A stretch of 64,000 nucleotides of DNA from Candidatus Obscuribacterales bacterium (GTDB lineage: Bacteria; Cyanobacteriota; Vampirovibrionia; Obscuribacterales; Obscuribacteraceae), in NCBI GenBank assembly GCA_965228855.1, contig CBDDIJ010000003.1, positions 2,976,001 through 3,040,000 of the forward strand, written 5' to 3'. Of this stretch, positions 18,515-29,549 are shown piece after piece. Numbering within the stretch: the first letter of the stretch is position 1; every line of letters begins with the position of its first letter. The notes below the pieces were generated by a model. That model had not been told where the DNA came from. It saw only the letters and a program-made list of their open reading frames with translations, and ran no database searches. The translations under genes and the position numbers were made by a program.

Positions 18515-21500
18515 ATGGTTAAACAGTCGGGAATCAAACTCGCTGCGGATTTATTACTTACAAGAGTGCTGCCGGTCACAGCAGGTACCTGCCTCCTTGT
18601 TTCAGCCGCACCTTGCGAAGCTAGAGATGATGCAGCAAGAGAATTGCGGCACGCCCGCCATGAGGCTCGCCTGGCGAGGATGCAAGCGCTCGTTCCTCCA
18701 CTGCAGAACAGTCTCAACCCTGCCTTTAATCAGCAAATTCCCCGCAACACCACCGGCATTGAAACAAGACGATTTGACCTCGATCTTTCATCGGCTCAAA
18801 GAAATATTCAGCTCGGCAGCAAGCTATTCGATGGGGTCTCCAATGTAACCATCAATGTTAACGGCACAAATCAAACTTATGGTGCGGGCGACCACGTAAC
18901 TGCAGCCGAGTACATTGCGGTTCAGCAAATGCTGTCGCAAAATCAGCAAGAGTTGAGCGTGGGTGCCGGAGGCACCGCCACTGGTGGCTCATTCGATTTG
19001 AATCAACCGGGTGGAACAAGAATCAACAACCTGGTGGTCCCCCAGAACGTTTCAGCAGTTAACAATTTTTCCAGTAACCGCTCCGTCAACCTCTCCGGCG
19101 ACCTGACCAACCTCGGTTCGATTTACGGATTGTCTACAAGCAACAAGGTGAGATCCGGAGTAATCTCGGCGGACGATATCAATAACAGTGGAATTATCTC
19201 CACGGACCTCACCGGAAGCGCATTTGCCGGACAACAAGGTCTGGCCAAGCACGTCGACCTTACGGTATTAGCCGAGCACGATCTGAACAACTCCGGCTCG
19301 ATTTCAAGCAGCGGAGCTCTGAATGTCGCCACTATATCTGGTGCTATCTCGAACAGTGGAAGCATATCCGCACAGCAAGGAGATTTGAACGTTTTCGTAG
19401 GAAACGGCAGCTTGAATAACAGCGGAAGTATTGACGCCGCGAATGGCAACCTGAACATCGCCACCACAACGCTTGCCTCAGACCTGGTGATAAACGGAGC
19501 CGGTGGTAATTTCTCCGCTTTGAGAGGAGACATAAACATCCGGGACGAGTTCTACACAGAGTTGAACAACACCACGATGTTGGGCGGCACATATAGCTCG
19601 AAAGACTTGAACGTCACCGGAGGTGGTGGCACGATCACGACCTACGTCGATGAGATCACCGGTAAACTGAACACAACCGGACTAGCTGCACACGTCACTA
19701 CGAACGACGGCACCCTCGTTCTCGGCAACAATTGCCTGACAGGTGATCCAACTTTCGCCAATGCAGCCGGCGACATTATCATAAATGGTGCGGTGATCGC
19801 ACGCGAGGATATTACTATTCTTGCGTCCGGCAACATCATCGCTACTGGTAACGCATACATCAGCACAGCAAACTCGACCGGCGCTACTGCAACACCGAGC
19901 ACGAATGTCACACTCGTGGCAGGAGCGGTAATCACGCTAGCAGGAGGTGGAGTCAGCACGCCGAGTGTGCCTACACCCGGCAATGCTATCCCGACAGGCG
20001 CCACAGCGACTGTGAATTTCACAGGCGGAACAGGTGGCAATATCGACTTTTCAGGAAGTAAATATTTGGGTTATTTGATCGACACTAGTTCCAACTTGAG
20101 CGCTAATGGAGGGGGCAGCAATCAGCAGGACAATGGCGGCAACGTTGTTCTCACAGCATTTTCAACCAACACTGACAACGGCTTCATCATATTCCCCGAA
20201 GCTAGACCGTCTATCAACACATCGAGTACCTTTGCGAACTCTGGAAACGTAACTATCATTGGCGGAAACAGCGCCGCTTCTGCTAAATCTCCAGCAATCA
20301 AGCTCGGAATCATCAAGACCGCAGTGAACCCTGTCCAAGGGAACAACAGCGGAGACGTTCTAATAATGGCGGCGCAACCAGAAACTGTCGGTGCTTCAAT
20401 CACATTCAACTCCGCCGGTGCAATAAGCGCAGGCAGCTTCGAAACAACACCCGCCAACCTGACATTTTCCGGAAGCTCGATACTCTTTACCGGTTCCGTA
20501 CTGGCTAGCGACGGTGATATCACAGCCATCGCGACTGGTGGCACAGGAGGGTTGAGTCAAAAAGGTTCAGGTCGTCTGCAGGGACAAACAGTCACACTCA
20601 CCTCTGGAACCGGCGGAATCGGCGCGGGCTCGGCCAAGAAGTCGACCAGACTTCTCACAGAAGCCAATGTGCTCGTGATGAATTCCGGAAGCAACATCTT
20701 CATTAACAATCTGGGATCCGTAAACATCGGAAACGCCGGTACGCCCGGTGCCCGCGCAGGAAACCTGGGTATCATCGATATCAGCACAACCCCAGATGGG
20801 GACGGCGATGGAGCAATCTCCGTTCCGAACGACGGAGTAATTCAAGCCAGCTCCGGTCTACTTTCGGTAATCAATCTGACTTCCTCTGGTGTGATCGGTG
20901 GCAACGCAAACATTACGACCAACAACAACGCGCTTCTTGTTGCGACAACCGTCAATCTGGCGACTGTTAACAGTGCAGACGGCGTGAAAGGTCTCGGTTT
21001 CGGCAACATTGGGACAAACAGTGGCAACGGTAGTATCAACGTTGATGCCCAATTTTTGAGCGCCAACACGCAAGGAGACGTGTTCGTTCACTCGAATGGC
21101 GGAGAGATAACAATCCTCGACTCATCGGCAGGAAATCTGCAAACATTCGACGTAAGAACAACCCCCGATGCGGGAACAGGCAACGGATCGATCACAATCG
21201 CCGGCACCATAGCGTCGGCATTCGGCAGAATTGGAACGCTTCTTCTGGCGTCCTCAGAAAATGGCGCCGGGACTGGTGGCATTATCCCTGGTGGCACCCT
21301 GGTCGCCCAGGATGTTGTGCTTCGTGACGACGACAACGTAGGTAATGCTGGACTTGGCACAGCAAGCATCGGCACAGCTGATAGCCCGATTGTAATAAAC
21401 GCTTCCACACTTGATGTGAGAACACTTGGTGCAGAGATTGATATCCAAAACCTCAGTAAAACTGGTCTAGACGTTACAAGGATCAACTCTAACGCAAACA

Positions 21501-23686
21501 GATCAGGTTCCTTCACCTTGAGTTCAGCCAGCACCGTACACCTCAGCGGCGACGTCTTCGTTATCAATTCGGCTTCAGTAACCGCGACCGGCGCAGGACA
21601 CATAATTGTTAACGGGGATATAGACCTGAACGGCACCACACCGGTGGCGATCCTGACAACTTCATCGGGCAGCATCACTGGTAGTGGCGCTATCGTGGAC
21701 AACGGCGTTGGCGCTCTGGCAGTCACGTTCACCACGTCAGGCGGTGGAGTAGGTACCGACACAATTCCGTTAGAAACAGAGGCGGCGACAATCACGTCCA
21801 ATGCCACCGGCTCGACTTACATCTACAACTCAGCAACCACACCGGTTTCTCTCGTTTCAGCCCTATCGAAAGGCACGTTCGAGTTGGCTGCTGATGGAGC
21901 GATCAACGTCAATGCCCCGATTCTGACTGCAACAAGCGTCAAGCTCAGCACGACCGGCGCTGATGCTATCACGCTAAACCAATCGGTCGGCAGCGCGAAA
22001 GCAACGAATTACGTTGACATAGCAATTAGCGGAAACGCGGCCATCACTCAAGCGACTAACGTGATCTTAGGCGCCAAAGTTCTCGTGTCACTCTCCACCG
22101 GTGGTGGCAACATCGGAACGAGCAATGTGGCACCAATAGTCGTTTCCACTCCCGGTCTGTCGGCGAACACAGACAACGGAGGCAACGTCAACATCAGCGC
22201 ATTGCCATCGAAGAAAGTTCCGTTGACTCTATTCAACTCCGGTTCGGACGGAGATTTTAGCCTTAACGCGCAAAGCTCTGTTCTCTTGAATAACATACAA
22301 ACGGTAGACGGCTCGATTAGCGTTGTGACGACGACTGGAACACTTTCAACAAACACTAACTCCATCATTCAGGTCGGCGAGAACGCAGCGAATAGAACAG
22401 CCGGAGCGGAGTCGATTCTTCTACAAACTCTAGGCACGAAGAAGAGCGGCATCGTAATCGGACAAGGTACAACGATTGCTACCTTCTCAGCTGGCAAATC
22501 AGCAGCCGGGGCAGGTGATATCAGCCTGATAGTAGGTCCGACGATATCGCAGATTGCAGGTCCGACCCCAGCCAACGTGACTGTCAACACTACGGGTACT
22601 GGCAGCGTGTTCTATGGCACGAACGGCATAACCGCACTCGCGCCCAACAACACTCTGAACGCCTTAAACGCGAATATAACGTTCAGCACAGGGACACTCC
22701 CGTCCACGGCCATCACGCTAGGCGGAAACGTCACAATCACGGCTGATCCTCCTTACACGACACCGATAGTGACGCAGTCACCAGTTGTAGCGTCAGAGGA
22801 CAAATCAGCCGGTTCACGAACGCTTCCGCTATCGGTAGGCAGCATGAGTCCAGAAGCGAGTGCTGTCGCGTTTCAACCGACAATGTTTTCAATTCCGGGA
22901 AATTTATCGACAGCTAGCTTCGCTGCTGACGGTAATCTCAACGGTTTGCAAACGCGACCAGATTACTCGAATCTGGTGACGGCTCTCAACAACGTTGATA
23001 GCGCAATGAGTTTTGCATCAGCACTCCAAGCCAGTGCAATGACCATGGACAGCGTTCACGCGGGTCTACAGCCAGGTTACATCAGTGAAACCGAATTAGC
23101 GGGCGGCGAAGTCCCCGGCACCGTATACGGTGCAGAGTCGGATAGTCAGAATGGAACAGCGAAGGAAACGGTGGTCTCAAGAGGCACGGTTCTCTTCGCT
23201 CCACCAAGCGACACTCTTGTCACCACCCCGGTTGGCAAGATCCGCATCGGAGAGAAGTCTGTAGCTTTAGTGATGGCATATGCAAACGGAGTCGCGGTCT
23301 ACGATCTCGACGACGTTCGCAAGGGGTCAATAGAGGTTGCAGTCGCGGGCAAATCCATAAGACTGTCGCCCGGTCAGCATGTATTTATCACCAGCGAGTC
23401 CGTGAGAAGCTTCGATGAAGTAAATCCCGCGCAAATGATTGGTTATCGCGGAATCACCAGTCAGAACCTTGGTTTCGGTCTGAAGGCGTTCTCAGCTGAA
23501 TTTTGTATTCCACACGCAATTAATGCCGTGAGACCGCTCAAAGCTTTGATTCGGTCGAAGCATCCAAACTCGAAAAAGATTTCGAATCACATGCTTAAGA
23601 CCGCAGCTGTTCTCATGCAACTACGTGCCAACAATGGAGAGTTCCAACAGGTGTTTCGACCAAGCAGAACAGCGTGGGTGAAATAG
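18515..23686 (+). CDS. Large exported beta-helix protein (~1720 aa), paralogue of the giant protein
   Basis: ATG 18515 follows GGAGG (18501). Shares LDLSSAQxNIxLGxKLF...VTAAEY, TGDP, NVTITADPP and the C-terminal domain with 1408-14016. Confidence 0.85.
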   Translation: MVKQSGIKLAADLLLTRVLPVTAGTCLLVSAAPCEARDDAARELRHARHEARLARMQALVPPLQNSLNPAFNQQIPRNTTGIETRRFDLDLSSAQRNIQLGSKLFDGVSNVTINVNGTNQTYGAGDHVTAAEYIAVQQMLSQNQQELSVGAGGTATGGSFDLNQPGGTRINNLVVPQNVSAVNNFSSNRSVNLSGDLTNLGSIYGLSTSNKVRSGVISADDINNSGIISTDLTGSAFAGQQGLAKHVDLTVLAEHDLNNSGSISSSGALNVATISGAISNSGSISAQQGDLNVFVGNGSLNNSGSIDAANGNLNIATTTLASDLVINGAGGNFSALRGDINIRDEFYTELNNTTMLGGTYSSKDLNVTGGGGTITTYVDEITGKLNTTGLAAHVTTNDGTLVLGNNCLTGDPTFANAAGDIIINGAVIAREDITILASGNIIATGNAYISTANSTGATATPSTNVTLVAGAVITLAGGGVSTPSVPTPGNAIPTGATATVNFTGGTGGNIDFSGSKYLGYLIDTSSNLSANGGGSNQQDNGGNVVLTAFSTNTDNGFIIFPEARPSINTSSTFANSGNVTIIGGNSAASAKSPAIKLGIIKTAVNPVQGNNSGDVLIMAAQPETVGASITFNSAGAISAGSFETTPANLTFSGSSILFTGSVLASDGDITAIATGGTGGLSQKGSGRLQGQTVTLTSGTGGIGAGSAKKSTRLLTEANVLVMNSGSNIFINNLGSVNIGNAGTPGARAGNLGIIDISTTPDGDGDGAISVPNDGVIQASSGLLSVINLTSSGVIGGNANITTNNNALLVATTVNLATVNSADGVKGLGFGNIGTNSGNGSINVDAQFLSANTQGDVFVHSNGGEITILDSSAGNLQTFDVRTTPDAGTGNGSITIAGTIASAFGRIGTLLLASSENGAGTGGIIPGGTLVAQDVVLRDDDNVGNAGLGTASIGTADSPIVINASTLDVRTLGAEIDIQNLSKTGLDVTRINSNANRSGSFTLSSASTVHLSGDVFVINSASVTATGAGHIIVNGDIDLNGTTPVAILTTSSGSITGSGAIVDNGVGALAVTFTTSGGGVGTDTIPLETEAATITSNATGSTYIYNSATTPVSLVSALSKGTFELAADGAINVNAPILTATSVKLSTTGADAITLNQSVGSAKATNYVDIAISGNAAITQATNVILGAKVLVSLSTGGGNIGTSNVAPIVVSTPGLSANTDNGGNVNISALPSKKVPLTLFNSGSDGDFSLNAQSSVLLNNIQTVDGSISVVTTTGTLSTNTNSIIQVGENAANRTAGAESILLQTLGTKKSGIVIGQGTTIATFSAGKSAAGAGDISLIVGPTISQIAGPTPANVTVNTTGTGSVFYGTNGITALAPNNTLNALNANITFSTGTLPSTAITLGGNVTITADPPYTTPIVTQSPVVASEDKSAGSRTLPLSVGSMSPEASAVAFQPTMFSIPGNLSTASFAADGNLNGLQTRPDYSNLVTALNNVDSAMSFASALQASAMTMDSVHAGLQPGYISETELAGGEVPGTVYGAESDSQNGTAKETVVSRGTVLFAPPSDTLVTTPVGKIRIGEKSVALVMAYANGVAVYDLDDVRKGSIEVAVAGKSIRLSPGQHVFITSESVRSFDEVNPAQMIGYRGITSQNLGFGLKAFSAEFCIPHAINAVRPLKALIRSKHPNSKKISNHMLKTAAVLMQLRANNGEFQQVFRPSRTAWVK

Positions 23687-23713
23687 TACGGGCGCGGCCA
23701 TTTGACCAATTCG

Positions 23714-23744
23714 AGAGCCGGCCATTGGGCTGGCTCTTTCTTTT
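23714..23744 (+). terminator. Rho-independent terminator
   Basis: AGAGCCGGCC-ATTG-GGCTGGCTCT hairpin followed by TTCTTTT. Confidence 0.75.
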
Positions 23745-23857
23745 GAACGAACGCGAGGCGTTACAACATCAATAGGCTTCCAACTCGTGACATCCAACGA
23801 CCGAGCGGTGACATACTACAATTAGACGTCTTTGGTCGCGAGTTGATGGAGCCATAC

Positions 23858-24691
23858 ATGCTTAAAGGTAAAAAACTGGGTGTTATTGGGGTCGGAAAAC
23901 TCGGGGAAGCTTTGATTTCGGGATTGTTGAAACAAGGCGCGCTCACGACCGACGACATTACAGGTTCCGTCGCCCACGCAGCATCGGCGGAACGAGTCAG
24001 CAAGAAGCTCGGAATCGAGGTTTCTCAGGACAACCGCAAAGTTGCGAGTGGAGCAGATCTGCTGATACTGGCCGTCAAACCGCAAAACATGCACAGCGTT
24101 CTGGTGGAAATCGAAGATGTTTTAACACCGGACCAGCTCGTGATCTCCGTTGCAGCATCGGTAACAACCACTTTTGTGCAAAAACGATTGAAGAAACAAA
24201 TCCCGATCATCCGCGCGATGCCGAACACGCCGGCAGTGATCAACGCCGGCATGACAGGGCTCTGCGGCGGCTTACACGCTAAAGACGAGCATCTCAAGAT
24301 GGCCGAATCGATTTTCAAGTGCGTCGGCGAAGCGGTTTTCGTTGACGAAAGCCTGATGGATGGAGTCACGGCGTTGTCGGCAAGCGGACCAGCATATCTT
24401 TACGTCATAATAGAATCGCTGGCGGAGGCCGGCGTGAAGCTCGGAATTCCGCGTGACACTTCGACATTCCTTGCCGCCCAGACGATGTATGGCGCCGCCC
24501 GCATGGTTCTCGAATCAAAAGCACATCCCGCGCTACTGAAAGATACGGTGACAACCCCAGCCGGTTGCACTATCGATGGTCTGATGGAACTCGAAGAAGG
24601 GAAGTTGCGCGTAACCCTGATTAAAGCCGTCGTCAAGGCGGCTGAGCGGGCACGGGAACTGGTAAACAACCAGGACTCGGCGGATTCGTAG
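23858..24691 (+). CDS. proC: Pyrroline-5-carboxylate reductase
   Basis: GVIGVGKLG, LAVKPQ, RAMPNTP, SASGPAY and VTTPAGCTI motifs. Confidence 0.96.
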   Translation: MLKGKKLGVIGVGKLGEALISGLLKQGALTTDDITGSVAHAASAERVSKKLGIEVSQDNRKVASGADLLILAVKPQNMHSVLVEIEDVLTPDQLVISVAASVTTTFVQKRLKKQIPIIRAMPNTPAVINAGMTGLCGGLHAKDEHLKMAESIFKCVGEAVFVDESLMDGVTALSASGPAYLYVIIESLAEAGVKLGIPRDTSTFLAAQTMYGAARMVLESKAHPALLKDTVTTPAGCTIDGLMELEEGKLRVTLIKAVVKAAERARELVNNQDSADS

Positions 24692-24825
24692 AACGTTCCG
24701 AAGGCTGAATCCGCCAGACCTGAAGGGTAAAGCGTTCGAAATTTAATCGGACTTAATTCTACTGTCGCCTAATTTCTTGAGCCTGATAGTTATCCCTTTG
24801 TGTATCGGCAAGAGGAAAAAAAATC

Positions 24826-25110
24826 ATGCGCGCCAGTGTCAAAGCAGCTCTGTTAATCGGATTTCTCGCAGGCATGGCGACGATCGGCGAATACAACCTG
24901 CTTAACGCCGCGCATGCATCCACCGGTCACGCGGCAGTTAAACCAAAAACGCAGATCGCTTTCGTTCACAAAACCATTACTAAGCAAATCCCGACGACCG
25001 TAAGAGACGACGACTATGACTCATATGTCGATTCGCTCAATGCAATCGAAGAAGACCCCGAACACGCCCAGGCCAAGATGATTACGGCTTCCTACGAGAT
25101 CAATAATTAG
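24826..25110 (+). CDS. Small hypothetical exported or membrane-anchored protein
   Basis: AGAGG RBS, N-terminal hydrophobic stretch, followed by a terminator. Confidence 0.65.
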   Translation: MRASVKAALLIGFLAGMATIGEYNLLNAAHASTGHAAVKPKTQIAFVHKTITKQIPTTVRDDDYDSYVDSLNAIEEDPEHAQAKMITASYEINN

Positions 25111-25136
25111 TTTCAAAAAGTTTTCCGAGCGAAGAC

Positions 25137-25172
25137 AAAAGAACCGGTTTTAATCGCCGGTTCTTTTCTTTT
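25137..25172. terminator. Bidirectional rho-independent terminator
   Basis: AAAAGAACCGG-9 nt-CCGGTTCTTTT between convergent genes. Confidence 0.8.
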
Positions 25173-25199
25173 AAGGTAAACAGCTGCGACGGCCGCTTC

Positions 25200-26126
25200 C
25201 TATGTTTCCACCTTGCAATCGGTCAAACACTCTTCTAACTTCTTGATACCATCGGCGGTGAGCTTCGTGCCCTTCACGGATAATTTCTTCAGCCCGACCA
25301 GACCCTTCAAGTCTTCCACACACGAGTCATCTACTAGTGTTTCATCAAGCCAGAGCCTTTCCAACGAATCTAAACCCTTCAGATATCCGATGACGGAGCT
25401 TGTCACTTTCGTGTTCGATAAATCCAGCTCTCTCAGGTCGGTAAGGCGCTGAAGATGCGCAACTTCCCAATCTCTAATCGCGGAGGCACTCAAATCTACG
25501 GAGTACAAACTATCTTGTGGGATCATTGAGACGAAAGACAAGTCAACGTCTTTTCCGCGTTTTACTTCGAGCTGAACACGTTTGCCGGCCGGCAGTTTCA
25601 CAACACCTCGCGCAGCAGAGAGTGTTTCCCAGTACTCCGGATCATCATCTGACTCGACAAGAAACTCACCATAAGTTTTTCCGGCCGGCAACCGGATAAT
25701 GTTGGGACCATCTTCGACTTCGATGTCGTCGTCGTCGTCCTCCTCCTCTTCTTCTTCCTCTTCGTCCTCATCGTCATCACGTTGATCGAGTCTTGCCGGA
25801 TCAAATTCAGCTTGGCTCTTAGGAGGGGTCATGATCTCGATTGGCACCCGCGGTGCTGCAGGAGCCGAACCACCTGGAGCCGGATTGGGAGCGCCGGCGG
25901 CAACCAGACCACCGGTTAGTATTGCCGCAACACCAGCCTGCAGAAGCAAGCGTTTCAAATCAATTTCAAGACCTTTGGACGCATCGAGCGGAGTGGGTGG
26001 CGCAAAGATCGGCGCATATTGGATGGGAAGCCCGGTTGGTCCGGCTTCTTTCCAGGGCGGATACAGACCCATAGTCGCGATCACAACTACGCCCAATAGA
26101 AAAACAAATTTTTGTTTGCTGTTCAA
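25200..26126 (-). CDS. Membrane-anchored leucine-rich-repeat protein with a poly-acidic linker
   Basis: Two N-terminal hydrophobic segments, DDDEDEEEEEEEEDDDDD tract, C-terminal LRRs (LRELDLSNTKVT, LERLWLDETLVD, LKKLSVKGTKLT). Confidence 0.8.
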   Translation of the reverse strand: MNSKQKFVFLLGVVVIATMGLYPPWKEAGPTGLPIQYAPIFAPPTPLDASKGLEIDLKRLLLQAGVAAILTGGLVAAGAPNPAPGGSAPAAPRVPIEIMTPPKSQAEFDPARLDQRDDDEDEEEEEEEEDDDDDIEVEDGPNIIRLPAGKTYGEFLVESDDDPEYWETLSAARGVVKLPAGKRVQLEVKRGKDVDLSFVSMIPQDSLYSVDLSASAIRDWEVAHLQRLTDLRELDLSNTKVTSSVIGYLKGLDSLERLWLDETLVDDSCVEDLKGLVGLKKLSVKGTKLTADGIKKLEECLTDCKVET

Positions 26127-26281
26127 AACTTAAATAGCCTCCACGCGCAGATCTTCTCAAGTGCACAATCGCTGCGCCGGACTATCTTACACAAACGAAC
26201 CTCGAGCATAGGCTGCTAAATCAGAAATCTAAAACATTGGTATCCTTAATATCACTCCAATAGTAATCAAGAGAGGCGCAG

Positions 26282-27595
26282 ATGGCTGAGACTTTGCAAT
26301 ATCAGTCCGGGTTTGGCAATCACTTTGAAAGCGAGGCGGAGAAGGGTGCTTTGCCACTGGGGCAAAACTCACCTCAGGAAGCGCCTTTTGGCTTGTACGC
26401 CGAACAACTCAGCGGGTCGTCGTTTGTCGCACTCCGGCATGAGAACTTGCGTTCCTGGCTCTACAAAATCAGACCGTCAGTCCGACATTCGCGATTTAAA
26501 CCGGTTGCATCTCAACTGATCAAGAGCCGCCCCTTCAATGAAGTGGATGTTTCGCCTGACCAGATGCGCTGGAATCCAGTTCCGCTTCCGGAAAAACCAA
26601 CTGATTTCTTAGACGGCTTAGTTACGATTGCAGGCAACGGTGATCCAGCCAGCATCAGGGGTTCCGCAGTTCATATCTATGCGGCAAATACTTCGATGAC
26701 TGAACGTTTCTTCTACAACGCAGACGGAGACTTCCTTATCGTACCTGAGCTCGGCTCGCTGCGAGTCGCAACGGAGCTGGGCGTGCTTAACGTCAGTCCC
26801 TGGGAAATTTGCGTCATCCCCCGCGGTGTCAAATTTCAAATCGGGCTTTTAGATGCCACCGCCCGCGGTTACGTGTGCGAAAACTTCGGCCCGCCATTCA
26901 AACTTCCGCACCTGGGTCCAATCGGCGCAAATGGTTTAGCAAATCCAAGAGATTTTCTCGCTCCTGTTGCCGCCTACGAAGAGAAGAGCGGCGATTTTCA
27001 GCTGATTGCAAAATTTAGCGGAAAACTCTGGCAGGCAACGACCGATCGGTCGCCACTCGATGTAGTGGCATGGCATGGCAATTATTATCCCTACAAATAT
27101 GATCTGCGTCTGTTTAATGTCATAAACAGCGTGAGCTACGACCATCCGGACCCGTCGATTTTCACAGTCATCACATCGCCTTCAGAACTGCCCGGCGTCG
27201 CGAACGTTGACTTTGTAATTTTCCCGCCGCGCTGGATGGTAGCGGAAAAAACATTCCGCCCTCCGTACTATCATCGCAACATAATGAGTGAGTACATGGG
27301 CTTGATCGAAGGTGTTTACGACGCGAAGCTGGAGGGATTCGTGCCAGGCGGCGGCAGTCTGCACAACAGTATGTCGGCTCATGGACCGGATGCGCAAACG
27401 TTCAATAAAGCCAGCCAGGCAAACCTGGTACCGCAGCGAATCGACAACACTCTAGCTTTCATGTTTGAAAGTTCGTTGATATATACACCGACAAAATTCG
27501 CCGTCGAATCAGGTCTGCTGCAAAGCGATTATATGGACTGTTGGAACGATCTAGAATCGAAGTATTCAAGACCTGTTTCAACGAAAAACGCGTAA
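26282..27595 (+). CDS. hmgA: Homogentisate 1,2-dioxygenase
   Basis: [52 protein letters not shown] and AHGPD motifs. Confidence 0.97.
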   Translation: MAETLQYQSGFGNHFESEAEKGALPLGQNSPQEAPFGLYAEQLSGSSFVALRHENLRSWLYKIRPSVRHSRFKPVASQLIKSRPFNEVDVSPDQMRWNPVPLPEKPTDFLDGLVTIAGNGDPASIRGSAVHIYAANTSMTERFFYNADGDFLIVPELGSLRVATELGVLNVSPWEICVIPRGVKFQIGLLDATARGYVCENFGPPFKLPHLGPIGANGLANPRDFLAPVAAYEEKSGDFQLIAKFSGKLWQATTDRSPLDVVAWHGNYYPYKYDLRLFNVINSVSYDHPDPSIFTVITSPSELPGVANVDFVIFPPRWMVAEKTFRPPYYHRNIMSEYMGLIEGVYDAKLEGFVPGGGSLHNSMSAHGPDAQTFNKASQANLVPQRIDNTLAFMFESSLIYTPTKFAVESGLLQSDYMDCWNDLESKYSRPVSTKNA

Positions 27596-27718
27596 TTATC
27601 TGTCGCACGAGGCATGTCTGAAATGTGATCATCAAGATCTTCATAAGAGAGCGAAGATTTTCTGTCATGTGGCATAACATAGACATCTAGTTAAATAAGG
27701 GCATTTGCGAACCGAAAA

Positions 27719-29380
27719 ATGTACAAACCGCAACCAAAAGAAGAACCGTCCGCACAAAGCAATCGCCAGAAACTTCCACCGGAAAGTGGATGCCCATCAA
27801 TGGGCAAAGTGAAATTCATGATCGAGGAGGCGACCAGCCGCCGAGGCTGTCTGGTTGAGCTCCCATGGGCTGTCGGCGACGCCGCCTTCGTACTCACGTG
27901 TCAGTGGGAGAAGACTGTTGAAGAGCCCGTATGGACGCTATACGAGCAGGAAAATGGCGTTGCCTCCAAAGTTGTCTGGACCCAGTCATTCGCGCCGGGC
28001 GATCTCGAATTTATGTACGACATCCTTGTGATGTCAGCACCGAAAAATTCCTCTCTGGCTCACAGCCAGATTCCAGATCTATTGAGACCTGAACACCAGG
28101 AAGAAGAAAACAGTTGGCCGGGACCAGCTCCTGAAACGGCTCCATATTCCGGCTCGACATCAGCTGTCGGAATGCCGGCTATGCCGACTGGGGGCTTGCC
28201 TGGAGCAGGTTTGCCCGGTGCAGGTCTGCCTGGTGGCATGCCCTCTTCGGCAGGATTACCCGGAGCCGGACTTCCAGGAGGAATGCCTGGCGGCGGAATG
28301 CCTGGTGCGGGATTGCCGGGCGGCATACCCGGAGCAGGACTTCCAGGCGGAATGCCTGGCGGTGGAATGCCAGGCGCAGTGCCGGGCGGTCCGGGTGCAT
28401 CCTATCAAAATCTTCCGAATGTGCCGCAGAGCCCATACGGGAATCAGCCACCTCAGTCGATCTCCGGACAGAATCAGCAATATCAGGGGGGCTACCAACA
28501 GCAGATGGGCGGCTATCCTCCGCCCCAGCCACCGATGCCGAACGCCGGCTACGGTGGCTATCCGCCGCAGCCGCCCCAGGGTCAAACCGGGCAGTATCCA
28601 TACGGTCAACAAATGCCGCCGATGCCGGCGCCAGGCTATCCGCCGCAGCCGGGTTACGCCCCGGCACCGATGCCTGCGCCCGCTCCTGCGCCGCAGGAAC
28701 CTATGACCAAGATGATCGATTATCAATTGCTCGACAAGCGCAAAAACTTGTTGCTGGGCACTATGCTGACGGGAGCGGGCTTGATTAGCGAACCTACACT
28801 CGAGGCCGCTCTGAAACTTCAGGATCTTATCAGAGACGAACGCATGTCACCGGAACGCGCTCCGCATGTTCTGAAGCGCCTTCACGCCATGGGCGGTAAC
28901 ATCGATCAGTATCTCACGCCCGATGACACTTCTCTTGAACCGCCGTCTCTGACTGGTACTCCGGCGCCGGCGAGAAAACCTGCACCACCGGCAGGCAAAC
29001 CTGCTGGTGGACCGCCACCCGCTCCCGGAGCCGCTCCAGGTGGAGCGCCGGCAGGAGCAAAACGCAATTTAAAACCGGCGTTCGATTTGTTGCAGACCGC
29101 CGGCATCCTCAGCGAGGAAGACATCAAGGTCGCCCTGGAAGTGAGGAAGAAACATGGCGGCGACCTGGTCGGCATCCTTGAAGCCGCCAGCAAGGTAAGC
29201 AGAAAAACCGTTGATGCAGCCTTCATTTGTTTGCCTCTCATTCGAGAGGGGTTATTAAAGGTCGAGCAATGCATCATCGCGCTTAATTACTGCAGTCGAA
29301 TGCGCGTCGGTTTCGATGAAGCGCTCGACGAAATGGGTTGGCAAAATCCGCGAAAGATGCGTTCAGACCTGCCGCTGTAA
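27719..29380 (+). CDS. Hypothetical protein: unnamed N-terminal domain, Gly/Pro/Gln/Tyr low-complexity linker, C-terminal MshEN-like helical repeats
   Basis: [24 protein letters not shown] and [18 protein letters not shown] resemble the MshEN motif RLGxxLxxxGLIxxxxLxxALxxQ. Confidence 0.7.
   Translation: MYKPQPKEEPSAQSNRQKLPPESGCPSMGKVKFMIEEATSRRGCLVELPWAVGDAAFVLTCQWEKTVEEPVWTLYEQENGVASKVVWTQSFAPGDLEFMYDILVMSAPKNSSLAHSQIPDLLRPEHQEEENSWPGPAPETAPYSGSTSAVGMPAMPTGGLPGAGLPGAGLPGGMPSSAGLPGAGLPGGMPGGGMPGAGLPGGIPGAGLPGGMPGGGMPGAVPGGPGASYQNLPNVPQSPYGNQPPQSISGQNQQYQGGYQQQMGGYPPPQPPMPNAGYGGYPPQPPQGQTGQYPYGQQMPPMPAPGYPPQPGYAPAPMPAPAPAPQEPMTKMIDYQLLDKRKNLLLGTMLTGAGLISEPTLEAALKLQDLIRDERMSPERAPHVLKRLHAMGGNIDQYLTPDDTSLEPPSLTGTPAPARKPAPPAGKPAGGPPPAPGAAPGGAPAGAKRNLKPAFDLLQTAGILSEEDIKVALEVRKKHGGDLVGILEAASKVSRKTVDAAFICLPLIREGLLKVEQCIIALNYCSRMRVGFDEALDEMGWQNPRKMRSDLPL
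28190..28397 (+). repeat. Elastin-like G(L/M)PG(A/G) coding repeats
   Basis: [67 protein letters not shown]. Confidence 0.8.
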
Positions 29381-29549
29381 TACCGCAATCGAAATATTAT
29401 CAGCAGAAACAGCCGCGCAAGCGCGAAAAGCAGCGCGCCAACCTTAATAAGCGCCTGCATTCCCAGTTGACTTCGGCTTCAGTGGGTATATTTTTCGTAG
29501 TCACTATCAAACACTATCTAACCGTTTAAAGAGACACGCAGATCGCTTA

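Noticed and set aside
1408..23686. Giant proteins as CdiA/Rhs/MARTX toxins
   Set aside because: No VENN, RHS core or RTX motifs. The C-termini are conserved between paralogues rather than polymorphic, and no small immunity genes follow.
26282..27595. hmgA without adjacent hppD/fahA/maiA
   Set aside because: Scattered tyrosine catabolism genes are common and cannot be judged from one window.
28179..28726. Several overlapping Arg/Ala-rich ORFs
   Set aside because: They are alternative frames of the GC-rich Pro/Gly low-complexity region.
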